Assembly (NCBI GenBank): GCA_910592345.1
Contig: CAJVPI010000247.1
Coordinates: 1 to 39,390, forward strand
DNA length: 39,390 bases
Reading direction: 5' to 3'
DNA from: Paraglomus brasilianum
Lineage: Eukaryota
Made by a program: the position numbers and the translations under genes
Shown: positions 1 through 12,480 of the stretch, piece after piece
How the letters are laid out: each line of letters starts with the position of its first letter
How positions within the stretch are numbered: the stretch's first letter is position 1
The notes under the pieces: generated by a model
What the model saw: the letters and a program-made list of their open reading frames with translations, nothing else
The model's database searches: none
Told to the model about the DNA's origin: nothing

Positions 1-318
1 ATCTTATCAATAAACGAGTATCGCATTTACTCTGATCATAAACTATTTACGTATTTCCCTGAATTATTCGATATAGACAGAATCACTAATCCCTATTGGA
101 AAAGGCTTGTCCCTCGATTATCTGAGTAGCGAATTAAGATAATTAATTGTTGAGTATAATGCGTTAATAATTAGGTGTATTTTAAACCGGACAGACTGTC
201 GAATTAATTATCTAGGATAGTGTCGCGATCCGGCAAACGGAAGTGCCGTCAGCGTAAAAGCCTAAACGAAAGGTCACTAACTGTCAGTCTGGTTTAATGC
301 TTAGTAGGGGGCGCTACG
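1..318 (+). repeat. LTR-like relic (3' part), truncated by window edge
   Basis: Shares blocks with 26770-27109 (AATAAAC, TAATCCCTAT, CTTGTCCC, AAGGTCACTAA, AGTAGG) and with ~29950 (AGTATCGCATTTACT). Its end AGTAGGGGGCGCTAC is roughly the inverse of the start of the 29712 copy (GTGACGCCCCTCTACT), as expected for LTR termini. No gag/pol seen. Confidence 0.45.
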
Positions 319-1021
319 TTCCGTTTGAAGAAAGTTAAATCCTTACGAGTCACGTGTCATTCCGCTCTGGCTCGACAAGCAACAATCATTCTTTGTTTAC
401 CTAAAAGACCAAACACAATCAAGTTATTTGGAAAGAAGATAAAAACTAAATTTCAACAATTTACACAGAAATTTAAGTTGCAAAAACAATGGTTTTAGAA
501 ATTCCAATTTTAGAATTGGAAAATTGATGTAGAAATCGTGCCCAATGTTGTTTTTGCACCACTCTTTTTAGTGAAGACATAGCTGTTTGCCATCATAATC
601 GTAACTAGAAGCAAATTGGCTAATAAAATAGTTGCTAATGATTTTGCTTGTAAGAGTTGCAAAGAAAATTTCAAAAATGATGAGTTACCGAAATGTGAGA
701 GAATGCAGGAGGGTTAAAGAACAAGTCAGATATTGATGCTGTCACTGGTAAGTATGTCTGTTATTGTATTGAATATGATACTAATCAGCATATCTTTCGA
801 TAATATGAGATCTTTATTGACAACTACAAACCAGCATATCTTTCAGTTCATAATCTTGGCATGCTGCACTAACGAATTACAATGCATACGATCGACAGTT
901 GAAATAAATTCGTATCACGCATACGACATACTATTAGCAATCCCTGTATGCCGCAAACACCAAACGTTTCATTCCCTCGTCTTTATTCCAAGAAGCAGTG
1001 AGTGACTTGCGGTCAGAAATA

Positions 1022-2333
1022 ATGGCAACAGGTAATGCGGAGACTGTGTTCTCCGAGACCAACCAGGAAATCGCATCACCTCACCCAAGCTTAGAAGTAA
1101 GCGGTCACCAAGAAGTTCGGGAGGACTTGCGAGGAATGTCCGTGTACTCGAACGTTTCAAGCAATGCTAGCACTAGCAATACTCCATCAATTTATACTTC
1201 ATATGCTCAAGAACAATCAGTCCTCGGCCAGCCCGTTGTCAGTCGCGAATCGTTTCTTGGCCAACCGGTTCAGCCCGTTCAAAGGGAACCATCGCCGCTA
1301 AGCCAGCAGCAGTTTCCACCTCCAAACCAATCACAGCAAGAGCAATTTCAGAGAGTACCAACGCCTCTAGGTCAACAGTTCCAAAGAGAACCATCACCTT
1401 TAGGTCAGCAATTTCAAAGAGAACCATCTCCTCTAAGTCAACAGTCGCAACCATCGCCTCCAAGTCAACAGTTTCAATCGCCTCCAATTCAACAGTTTGA
1501 AAACCAACAGCCTCAAGTTCATCAATTCCGAACCCAAAGCCATCTATATCAAGCTCAAGATCTATCAGAACTTCCCTCTAATCCGTCTACACAAAATCAA
1601 TACTATCCTCCACCAGCTGAGCCTCCGCCGGATGTATTACCGTTGGTCCCTCCATACAGTCCGTCTTCCCAACTTTCAACCGCCAGCAATAGCCCTCACT
1701 TATCAAACAAGCCCATTGCAGTTGTCAACAATCCATATCCTACCAGCATGCTACCTGGGCAAAACGTACTCATTGACAACAACATAAATGGAACACAACA
1801 GACAACCGAAACTAAATCAGAGGCATCGAGTTCTCCTCCTAAGATGAAAAAACGGCCGCTTTACCGTAAACGTAAATTCTGGGTTTGTCTAATAATACTA
1901 GTAGTGGTACTCATTGGTGCTGGGATTGGTAAGTTAATAAAATGGTTCCCATAATTATTAACATAGGGAATGATGATTATCTCGAATACACATACTCACT
2001 GCTTTTGGATGACTATTTTCTAGGGCTGTATCTTGGTCTCCATAAAAAACCAAAGAAGACGAAACAGTGTGTTGTGGTAATTCCTGATTGTTCACCGCTC
2101 GTAAGTATTTGGCCCATTTTTGCCGTAATCAGCGTCTTTCGTCATATTTGTATGAGCTGTCTCTTTAACGCTCTCGTTCTCGACTTTTTAGAATGCCTGC
2201 CAATTTACCGGATCGGATGGATGTCCACAGTTTAAATGCCAAAGGGTGAGTCTTGATAATGTTACAATTGTTCTCACAAAGCGTATTTTAAGTTGGCTAA
2301 CCACCCGCTTTATTTATATAGACCTGCTCGTAG
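1022..2333 (+). CDS. Pro/Gln-rich type II single-pass membrane protein with short C-terminal 6-Cys domain; exons 1022-1928, 2024-2100, 2192-2245, 2322-2333
   Basis: Long ORF with basic stretch KKRPLYRKRK followed by hydrophobic FWVCLIILVVVLIGAGIG. Donors GTAAGT (1929, 2101) and GTGAGT (2246) and AG acceptors join in frame to ...GLYLGLHKKPKKTKQCVVVIPDCSPLNACQFTGSDGCPQFKCQRTCS*. Confidence 0.75.
1281..1450 (+). repeat. Coding tandem repeat, (Q)QFQREPSPL(G/S)-type units
   Basis: About four imperfect units: QREPSPLSQQ, FQRVPTPLGQQ, FQREPSPLGQQ, FQREPSPLSQQ. Confidence 0.7.
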
Positions 2334-2637
2334 AACTTGGAGCTTGTTTTCTTACTATTTGTTGTACTACTATAATTATGACGAACATTCGGTTCTACTT
2401 AGAGTTAAGATTGCCAACTTGCCAAAATTAAAGGGGATAATCGCCGGGTTGTTTATTATTATATTTAATTTATTAATCCTAACCAAGTAAACGCCTCCCA
2501 TTGTGTAATGTACAATGATCAAAAGTTTTTCCAATAAGCTTTATAGCGTGACTTGATACGAGTACTCCTAGTATATTCTATTGTCCAGTTGAATACATGG
2601 CAATATACTGTGACATGGGTGTCATTTCTGACCGATA

Positions 2638-4407
2638 TCACCTGACAAACCTATATCGGCAAAATTAAGTATAAGTGGAAATCCAGCATCAACGTATTTC
2701 TCCAATCGACACTAATATATCACCTACGTTGCATCAATTTGTTTCAGTGTTGGAAGTAACGTTTTCAGCCTCAGCCTATACGTTGCTTCATTATTAGTTT
2801 GCAGAGGATTTCCTTCGAAATATACTGTGTTTAGATTCTCCAGATGTGCAAGCTGCTTTTCTATTTCTTCAAACGATTCAAGTTGATTGTAACTTGCCTG
2901 ATATAACAGGGCAAGAATACGAAATCGGGTTTATAGTAACGCTTAGAATCTCTTCCTGTAAAAAGCATCAATGCTTTTGTTTAATACTCACCCAGAATTC
3001 TTCCAGGTTTACCAAATGCGATATATTTTCAACGTGTTTCACAACGTTGTTTCCGATATCTAGTACACGCAAATTTATCTGCAAATATCATTATTAGCAT
3101 GAAATTCCTTGCAAGAAAGATCTTGTCGCTGTATACAGTATTGTTGTTGAAATTCCACTCACATTATTCTCTAATCCTGTAATTTTGCTGATTCCGTTAT
3201 GACTCAAATACAATGCTTCAAGATTTATCAATTCCTCCAATCCTTTGATTTCTGTTATCCTATTGCTTTGTATCGAAAGAATCCTTAGGTTGCGTTGATA
3301 AGATAGATTCTAGAAACACATTAGCAATAAAAAGGTCGTTTATCATCCAAACAAGGGTTTTAAGAATACATCAAATATAAATTACCTGAAATTCGATAAT
3401 TTTGTTATTTCCTAGCCACAGTTGCTCGATGTTAACGAGAGTATCCAATTTCTCAATTTTCTAGCTCAATATAAAAGTACATCAACAGCATAAGTACGTG
3501 TCCATCTCGCAATATTGAATGAAAAATGTTTGCCATCCATGATCATCAATTTCACTCACTCGAATTCTGTTTGCACCCAACTCCAAGTTTGTCAGCTTGG
3601 TCAGAGATTCCAGGTTCTCAATCTTGGAAATTTTGTTTTGCACAAAATACAAGTTTGTCAAGTTTGTCAACGTTTCAATGCCCTCGATATGTCGTATGTT
3701 GTTAAAGGATAAATCGAGAGAACTAAGCCATAACAGGTCATATCGATGTGGGGATAGCATTAGCGTTAGCGGATGAAAGAGCATGTTAGCAATTTGCATA
3801 AATGGTCTCGTCACGTTCAAAACTGAATATGAGACCCCCATGTGTCAACTCACTCCAAATCGACTAAAGACTCAAGATTCTCAATAGACGATATTCGATT
3901 ATCATAAAGATCTAACTCATTTAATGTGACAATCTCGGAAAGACCTTCAATTTTTGAGATTAAATTTTGACGGAGACAGAGCCTCTGCGTAATGGGAAAA
4001 AAAAAAGGGCCCAGACTCGAATAAATAAATCGCTTATGATGACAATCTGACATGAAAAAAGTCTCTTTACCGTCAAGTTTGTGAATCGATCGAGTCCTAA
4101 TGATGTGATATCTGTCACGCGCATATGACTAAGCTCGATATCCTACAAAATGACAGAAAGTGTCTTGTAACTATTGTACGGAATGCATCGCCCAAACAGC
4201 TTTACAACTTACATCCGTGTTGAGTGGACAGTCGGCCAATAAATCTGTTCATTAGCAGCAGACAGCATTAGTATCAAACAGGGTACTAGTCTTTTATGTC
4301 GGATAACACGAACCTTCAGATTCCTCGTCATCTTCAACATCTTCGATCATATCATCCTCATCCGCACTTTCCTCAGAGTGAGGAACGTTAGGTTCTTTAA
4401 AGGACAT
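2638..4407 (-). CDS. SDS22: Protein phosphatase 1 regulatory subunit Sds22/PPP1R7 (LRR protein), multi-exon
   Basis: Acidic N-terminus (MSFKEPNVPHSEESADEDD...), SDS22-class LRRs spread over exons (LCLRQNLISKIEGL, LDLYDNRISSIENL, LDLSFNNIRHIEGI, LYFVQNKISKIENL, LELGANRIR, LWLGNNKI), LRR cap YFEGNPLQ..YRLRL and spliced C-terminus QIDATFVR* (TGA at 2640-2638). Confidence 0.93.
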
Positions 4408-7400
4408 GCTTGTAAAATACGAACTTTAGATCGAATATGCATGGCTGATGTTTATTCGCAAATTTGTAATACCGTGACTTCTAGGATCTACACTATACTG
4501 ATGGCAGATCATCGAATATCTTTTTCTAGTGTTTTTCAATCTGTTACAAAAAAAACCAAAAACCAAAAACCAAAACAAAACCCAGCTTGGAGTCCAGCCG
4601 TTGTCGAATGGGGGAAATCAATAGGGTCGTCATTGCTAAAGTTTTGGAATTGTCTAAACAAAAAAGATGGCCGCTCCCTTTGCATCTCTGCATTTGAGGG
4701 ACAAAATACCTGAAGAGGCAAACAATGCATGTTCGATGATCATTTACAACTACCGTGAAGAGAAGAAATAGTTAGTATGGAAGATTCGTTGCACGAAACC
4801 CTCCATTTTAACTGAATAAGAGAATAGAAAGAAAAAATTGGCTAATATTCTTTCTCGGCCTGTTCCTGAACTTGAGATAACAAACATTGACCAAAAAAAT
4901 AATAATAAGAGAGAGGCCGAGTTTATTAACTTTACCTGTGATCACAAAATTTAGACATGGTTCATAAATTGTTTGATAGCAAGTAGCATTGTTGCATGCT
5001 TATTGTTATCATGGATTATATGTAGAAATGTTAAATTATCATATCTTATGTTGGGGGGCTTTTACTTTCCAATGATAAGGATATACTGTATCACAGTGAA
5101 CACGATACACTTCTGTTATTGCCATCATACAGTACCAATGACAAAACTCGTTTTATCAGATTGTATCCTCATGACCAACTTATCTCGAACTAGGTTTTGA
5201 TAAAATTTGTTGTGCCAGCTAATGCGGGAGAGCGATTAATCGGCTGACTTTATTCGTTTAATCGGAATAATTGATATATCAATTAGCAACATATCAAGAG
5301 ATATTCTACCTCTATTTATAATAAATTACCGTTACACTCTTTAATGCGAGTCTACTATTCTAAATTAATGATGAATGTTATCATGGATATACGGGTGAAA
5401 TATTTCCTAATTCCTATTGCTGCAATGGTCAATGGCTGGTGCCTACTCGATATGTTGGTCTTTACTGACAAGATTGGCGCGTTGCATTTCTGATTACCCT
5501 GATTATTTGATGTTGCGGTTATTCTCAATCACATTTACTGTAATATAAATACATATAATTCTAACTAAATACAAACATAATATTAAGCTAATATATATAG
5601 AGCATGAATCTAATAATACTGTTACATTATTTTCACTTCAAGCCTCTTTAAAATTTTCCTTCTTTGTTGAGACATCTAAAGTTCAACCGTTGAATCAAAC
5701 CCCACTTAGAAGACAAGATTTCAGTTTCTGCATATTGCATTCCCCAACTCTGTGGCTCTCTCTATTTACATTCGCTTATACAATTACAGTACATCTGGTG
5801 GCATAAATTTCCGTAGTCTTCTGCTATTAAATATAAACTTACCAACAACACACATGCAAGTCATAATTTTTTTGTAATTCCTATTTAAACTGTTTTTGCT
5901 CCTCTATATCAATTGCCATTATTTAAAAATATAGATGTTTTCTAATGTTAATAATATGCACCTAGCATTAAGATAATTTTCTGTATAACATACTTTTAAC
6001 AAAATTATGGAAATTATTAACTTTTGTTGTAACGTTTCTATTTATTCCTACTAAGAGAATACAACAGCAAGAGACTGAACTTTATAAAGTCATATGACAG
6101 TAATTAAATAATAATTTACTATGGATGAAGAGTAACTTTTAATCCTTTATATTATGGCATAAGTTAAAACCTGTAATCTTTGCTCCAGCTTAGCACCAGG
6201 ACATAGCTCTTCAACTTTTGTATTAACGTTTTAGTTGTTTTTTTATCCATTGGGCTATATTTTTTAATCTACCACAATTCTTTTTATTATGAAATCAGCA
6301 AAAAAAGACAGAGTTGATTCTAGTTATTATTTCTGTCTTGAACTTTGTGATGATCAATTTTAAACATGCTGAAAGAGGGATAATATCTATCAATTACGCG
6401 TCTAATAGTTGATTCATTTACAAAAGCTATAGTAATAGATAGATAAATGGTTCTAAACTGTGAAGCGGATGATAAAATGCAGACTTCTATTGACATTACA
6501 ATATGATACGAGCGTTTCAACGAATCACGATACACAACGTTTACTACCTTTGTAGTATTTAAGGTCACGCCATTTCGACACGAGTATTGTCGATTGCAGC
6601 ATATTATTGAACCATGATGTTCCGTGAACAAGAAACACTCTGTATGGCAAAGATAAGTCTTATTCACAGAGCTTAAGGTAAATAAAAGTGTATCGATTAA
6701 GGCAATAGTACAAAAAATAAAATACATGACTGGATCGTCTTACTTTACCTACTTTTTTAGACAATCTAAAACTAAATTATTAACTCGATTCCGTGAGATA
6801 TAGTTTGGTGAAGATGAACTGAGCGATCCACGCTTCGATTCCGATCCGATTTCAATTCCGCCAGGTCGATTTCTAAGCCTTGAACATCAGACGATCTTGA
6901 AGATCACCTGAGCCCCAACGGCGCTAGTGTCAAAGTCCCGAACTTTTGAAGATCACTTGGGCTCCACACCAGTTTGGAGCCTTGAATAGTAAAGAATCTC
7001 GAAGATCTCATTAATTTGTTGCTTGTTTTTTTGGGGAGCATTTGCATGTCACCTCTGATAAACAACTGGGCTTTCTTGTGCCTAGCACCCTTCCCATTTT
7101 ATGCAGAGACTCGATGTGACACTCAATCTTTTTTGTTCCATGTCGCATGGGGACACTCTAATTTGAGCATTTCCGATTGCATCTTATCAGGCACCTGATC
7201 TAAAACTACGATTAAAACCATAGCGTTAAATGCTGAGGCGATCAAGGGAATAATTTGAAGTGTCGCGAAAAATTGTCGTAATTTTTGATGTGACGTGGTG
7301 ATTGATTACGTTGCAAATGAAGCCATTATCGTCAGCACATTTGCTATGATCAGGTCAATGAATGAAGAAAATGGAAGAGGGTAATGTATTTTTTCATAAG

Positions 7401-9462
7401 ATGCTAGCTGAAAAGCTCTACTAAATTAGAGGGGGGAAGATCAGAAAAATATTCAATCCAATCTTTATGACCATATTGGCTGCAGTCGGGATGATAGCGA
7501 TGGTATTCTGAATTCTGAGATGGAAATCCAGCAAAAAGGATGACGTCTTTTCAACAACTAAAACCACAGTCGCAATTGCTCAAATTGTTCATAGGACTCT
7601 AACTTGGAATTATATCGTGCAAAAAAAGACATATTTGGTTTAAACTCGTTTATTTGTACGATGGAAGTATCGTTGTGTGCGTAACGTATAAACTTGCGGT
7701 GATAATAATAGTCTTTTGACGAATTTTATTGGTGCTTTGTAAAAATACGGGTTTTTCCGGATATAAACATTTTCACACACTTTTGCAGATGACCATCATT
7801 GTTGCTGAATTCAAATAGCACGTTGTCAATTATTTTCCCGCGTTTCCCCCGAGACTTTTTTGTCAGGTAGCATTCATATAGTTCATAGAGACAAGTCTAT
7901 CCATTAAAACGACAGGTAGATAATCGACATGTATATTGCGGGTACATCTTTACGATCAAACATTCCACTGTTCTCCCTCAGCCATAGTTGCAATTGGTTG
8001 TTCATTCAGACAGAATTCCCTTAAAAGGCTACGCAATATCAGTCTCATATGACACGTAAAATAATATTATGATAATAATGGAATAACCTATAATCATCGG
8101 GGGCTAGTAAGAAAAACAATATGCTACTGGATAACAAGTGTTTGGTTCGTGGGATTAATGATAATACATATCAATCGAAGTCATTGGATGCGAAGACATA
8201 ATTGCCTTGATGCTTGACCATTATAGTAGAATGTAACGCTGATAAGTGACAAACAAAGTCATATGATTTTGCAATTTTCGTGTGATTACAACCGCCCCTT
8301 TTTTTAGTGAGAAACAAAAGTAGACCATAAGTGTGGAAATAAAGAATGATTATGGAGGTTGGTGCTCGGTGTGTGTTCGGTGTGTGTTCGGTGCGTTAGT
8401 GTGGCTTATTAAAACTTTGAAACCCCCTATCAAGAAAACAAGAATATCGAACACATCTGATGTCGCACATGACGACCTGTTTTATGCATCATGTGCTTGG
8501 TGAGAATTAATAGATATCACTCGTTCTGACGGAAATGTACGCCACTCCCCCCCCGTTAATCTTGTCATCTGTCAAAAGAAACCCAATAGCAAGGGCAAAT
8601 CAGCTAAACGACATTCATTTCTCTCTCACCTTTACCTGCCCCTCGTGACACGCCATGTTCATTTTCTCACGATGCTATGTGGATATAACGATACGAACCT
8701 AATGTACAGAACCCAATGATTGGGGTATGACAATCACAATGAATAAATGCGCATTAAATGCGCACAGCTATCGTTTGTACACCCTAAAAAAGATTTCATT
8801 TTAACAAGATCTTATCTGTTTATCAAAAGACTATTATGTGAAAAGGATAGAAATTTTTTAAACTTCTTGTCAGATTGTATTGTTGCGTGATCGGCTAAGC
8901 GATAACAGGGCTGTGAAACTGTTGATCAGCAATGTATGAATGGAAAAAAAAGAAGAAAGGAGCCTTGGAAGAACCAGGCAAATGGCTTTTCCCACGAAAA
9001 ATTTTTTTAGTACACTCAATTGGTGAATAAATGCGCTGATCTTTTAATTGTACGACTGCGTTTTTCAGTGTTACTTTGCTTCGAAGATAAGCCTTTTCAG
9101 TAGGGCAACACAAACGTGATGTCGAGTGTGTACACGATTATTACAATATAGCCTTAAACGGAAATTTGATGCGGTAAAACTGGAACATTGTCGATACGAT
9201 CCGATACGATATGATATCTCTACAATCTTTTTTTTTTTATGCTTCGTTAGTTTAGTAACGATGGCGTCATTTCCTTTTTCCCCCTATACTTAATAAAGAC
9301 GTTTTATGTCAATAGTCGCATGTGACTAAGCAGTATAAAAACTTTTATTGTTAGATTATATATACAGTATTGTTTGCTTATTTATGTATATACGATAAAT
9401 ATTGATTATACATAGCATATACAGATGATATTTTACTATCAATTTTCTATTGACAGCCAACA

Positions 9463-9732
9463 TCACGAGGGTGAGGCGGGCAGAGGGGTATGTGGGTATG
9501 GCTCGTAGAACTTGTAATGGAATCTAGCTGTAAAGACATGTATGCATTAGAACGCTGTAATAAATAATCGCAAACAACAAATAAATCACAAATCTTTACT
9601 TACAAATCCCTACAATTGTCCAGCAAAGATAATCATCAACTTCTTCAATACTAGCAGGAGTGGCAATACTCTTTTTTGAAACGTGTTTGATCGAGGTTGT
9701 TCTAAACAATGATTCTTTCGTATCATCCAGCG

Positions 9733-9764
<32 letters not shown>

Positions 9765-12040
9765 GTCGCTGGATGACTAAACTCGCTATTCTGTAAATGT
9801 ACCATCCTCGATGACTGATATCCTAGGAACGGACAACCCCCTCCGAGTTGACATTGCAATTGGTCTTGCAGATTATCGACCATGAATTGACCAGCCGCAC
9901 TTAGATAAGGCCCTTCACTTCCATCGGTATTCACTCGTTGTAATGCCACCTTTTGCATCTGACTCACTGGACCGCGTGCACATCTTATTACCTGTCCTCT
10001 TTCTACTTTACGAATGATCAATCGATCAGAGGTAATCCCCGTTACCGGCTCTGACAAAATAATCTCTGATCCGTAAGTTATGGGAGTAGCATTAATGGAA
10101 GCACCAAATGATGCCACGTTTGAACTCTGACTCTTGATCCTGGCCCGTTGAGTAAGGAAATCGCTATCGGTATCGCTATTGCCTTTGTTATAATTGGCAT
10201 CGCTGCTACTCTCGCTACCGTTGTTATTTTTATTGACCAACGTGATAACAAAAGAGGACCATGAAGAATTCTTGGCACACAATTGCCCAACTTCGACTCC
10301 CATGTATTTGGTTCGAACTGTTTGAGAGTTGATGCGGTTGAAGAGCGAGATTGGTGATCCAGATAAGATGCATGAAGAAACATTTCTGGCTTTTGCAGTC
10401 TTCTTAGATGGTTTGGAGATAATTGTGATGGGATTTGAATCACATACGATATATGGAAGATCGGCATTCTTGTGATACATTCTTAATTTTAGAGTGAATT
10501 GCTTAGCCTTATCCGTTCCGCTGACATGTAGATACTTGAACGTTCCTTTCATATTCTCGTCAAGTAAAGCTTTATGTTCCATAGGACGATCGTTAGTCTC
10601 GCAAGTAACAGACATCGACACATCTGATTTGCTGTGTAAATGTTTATTTGACGACTCGATAATGACCACTGGCGGTGGACATAAAAATCTCTTCTCGCTG
10701 CCATATGATTTTTGTGCAACCGCAGCATGATAGCAAGTGATTGTTGTCGTCTGATATTGACTGTGTGGTGGTGGTGGTATAAGCGAGTGCGATTGCAGTT
10801 TGTGTATGGGTTTTAAATGCTGTGATGAAAGCGGTGGTGGGTACAGTCTGTCCCTATCATGATCCTGATGATGAGCAGAGCCCGAATCGGGTGATTTCGA
10901 TGCTGAGCCATGCATCCCGTTATAATCTTCGGCAGATCGCCGTATTTTCGTGCTACGTAGCTCGTCGACATAGGGATTTATTGAGGCATCGGTTGCTTCC
11001 CATTTCCTCTTGGATGTTATTAGAGGAGGGGGAGGCGACGTCCTAGCATGATCACCGTTGCTAATAGCTTGGTTGAGGTTGGGCAATGGCAAGTACAAAC
11101 CGCTGTTAGGCGGAGATGGAAGACTCGAATGCTGTAATCGCGGAAACGGGATTGAATCTGTGGAGTTTGGATAAGTCATTGTCGTAGATGGAAGATATGG
11201 TGCAAGAGGCATTTGTAAGGACGGAGATCTAGCTCGTGAATATGATATCGTCGGAGATGTAATCTCGGTAGGAGTGATGGGAGGGGAGCATTTTGATTGC
11301 TGATCTGCATCTAGCAGAGAAGAAATTGTCATAGGTGTAGTTGATGATGAAGGCATGGTGCTGTTGGCAGCACCAGTTCTTGCTGCTGTTTTGGCGACTG
11401 GAGGAGGAAGAAGACGATGCGTGTGAGTGCTAAGCTGTTGTTGTTGTTGCTGCTGCTGCTGCTGCTGCTGTTGCTGTTGTTGTTGTTGTTGTCTGTTAAT
11501 GTCTTGGTTGTTGTTTTGCACATGATGATGATGGTGTTGATGCGGATGATGAGGATGATGATGCTTAATAATATATTGCTGATGACTTTGCCCTTGTTGT
11601 TTTTGTTGGGGAAGGTGAGAAAGATGTTGTTGGGGATGATGATGTTGATGATGTTGATGCTGCTGCTGCTGCTGTTGTTGTTGTTGTTGTTGCTGCTGCT
11701 GCTGTTGTTGCTGTTGTTGTTGCTGTTGTTGTTGTTGCGGTTGTTGGATTTGATGATGTTGATAATAGTGTTGTTCTTGTGGCTGATGTTGTTGATGCTG
11801 TTCAGGAAGAGTTTGACCCCTCGAGAAAGACGGGGATGCTTTAACGTTGATTGGAGCAACTTCAATAGCATTTAAAAGAGTGTCTAGATTGCTGCTACCG
11901 ATGTAATTGTATCTCTGGTCTAATGATTGGTCGCCGTATATCTGAGGTTGATGAGGATAGATGTTCTTTTGAGGTTGAGGGGAAGGGGAGGTTAAGGACG
12001 TGTTTTGCGTTGCCATGAAGTCATAAGAGGCACTTTCCAT
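9463..12040 (-). CDS. Fungal CSL (CBF1/Su(H)/LAG-1; Cbf11/Cbf12-like) transcription factor with polyQ/His N-terminus; exons 12040-9604 and 9527-9463
   Basis: Diagnostic CSL motifs VAQKSYGSEKRFLCPPP, FKYLHVS, IISKPSKK, LFNRINSQTVRTKY, GPVSQMQKVA, WTIVGI. GTAAGT donor at 9603 and TTTACAG acceptor give ...WTIVGISRFHYKFYEPYPHTPLPASPS*. Confidence 0.92.
11434..11737 (-). repeat. Two CAA/CAG polyglutamine tracts with His-rich spacer in the CSL N-terminus
   Basis: (TTG/CTG)n runs on + strand at about 11434-11491 and 11658-11737. Confidence 0.9.
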
Positions 12041-12353
12041 AATGTGATGTGCTTTGTAGATTTTTGGATGAGAAGAAGTGAGGGCGTGTGAAAATAAAAT
12101 AAACCGGAAAAAATTTTTTTTTGGTAGGAAAGTAATGGGCTAGCGTGAAGAGAGGGTTTTTATCTTGACGATCGCAGGGGAATCTGTAATAATTTGAAAT
12201 CTCTACTTTTTCCATATAGGGAATTGACAATATCTTTTTTTTTTAGCGCATACATGCATTGATTACACTTGAAACAAAAGCGGATGTACCAAGTAATGGA
12301 TAGATAAATAAACGGACACATAGAAACAATATACTGGTAATCCCAGATAAAAC

Positions 12354-12480
12354 GTATACACATATCGATATACGCATATACGCAATATACGCAATATACA
12401 CCATATACACATACACATACACATATACCTGCATATTGTATTGGTATTGTATTATATATATTATATCATGTATATTATGT
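12354..12480. repeat. Low-complexity TATAC/ATATACGC microsatellite-like tract upstream of the CSL gene
   Basis: Repeated ATATACGCA, CATACA and TA motifs. Confidence 0.6.

Noticed and set aside
4750..8300. ORFs at 4973, 6320-6727, 7016 and possible Sel1-like fragment near 5740
   Set aside because: No recognisable motifs or consistent exon chain; probably decayed or non-coding sequence.
11329..11875. 152-aa poly-Leu (+) and 180-aa Asn/Ser-rich (-) ORFs
   Set aside because: Alternative frames of the CSL polyQ/His microsatellites.
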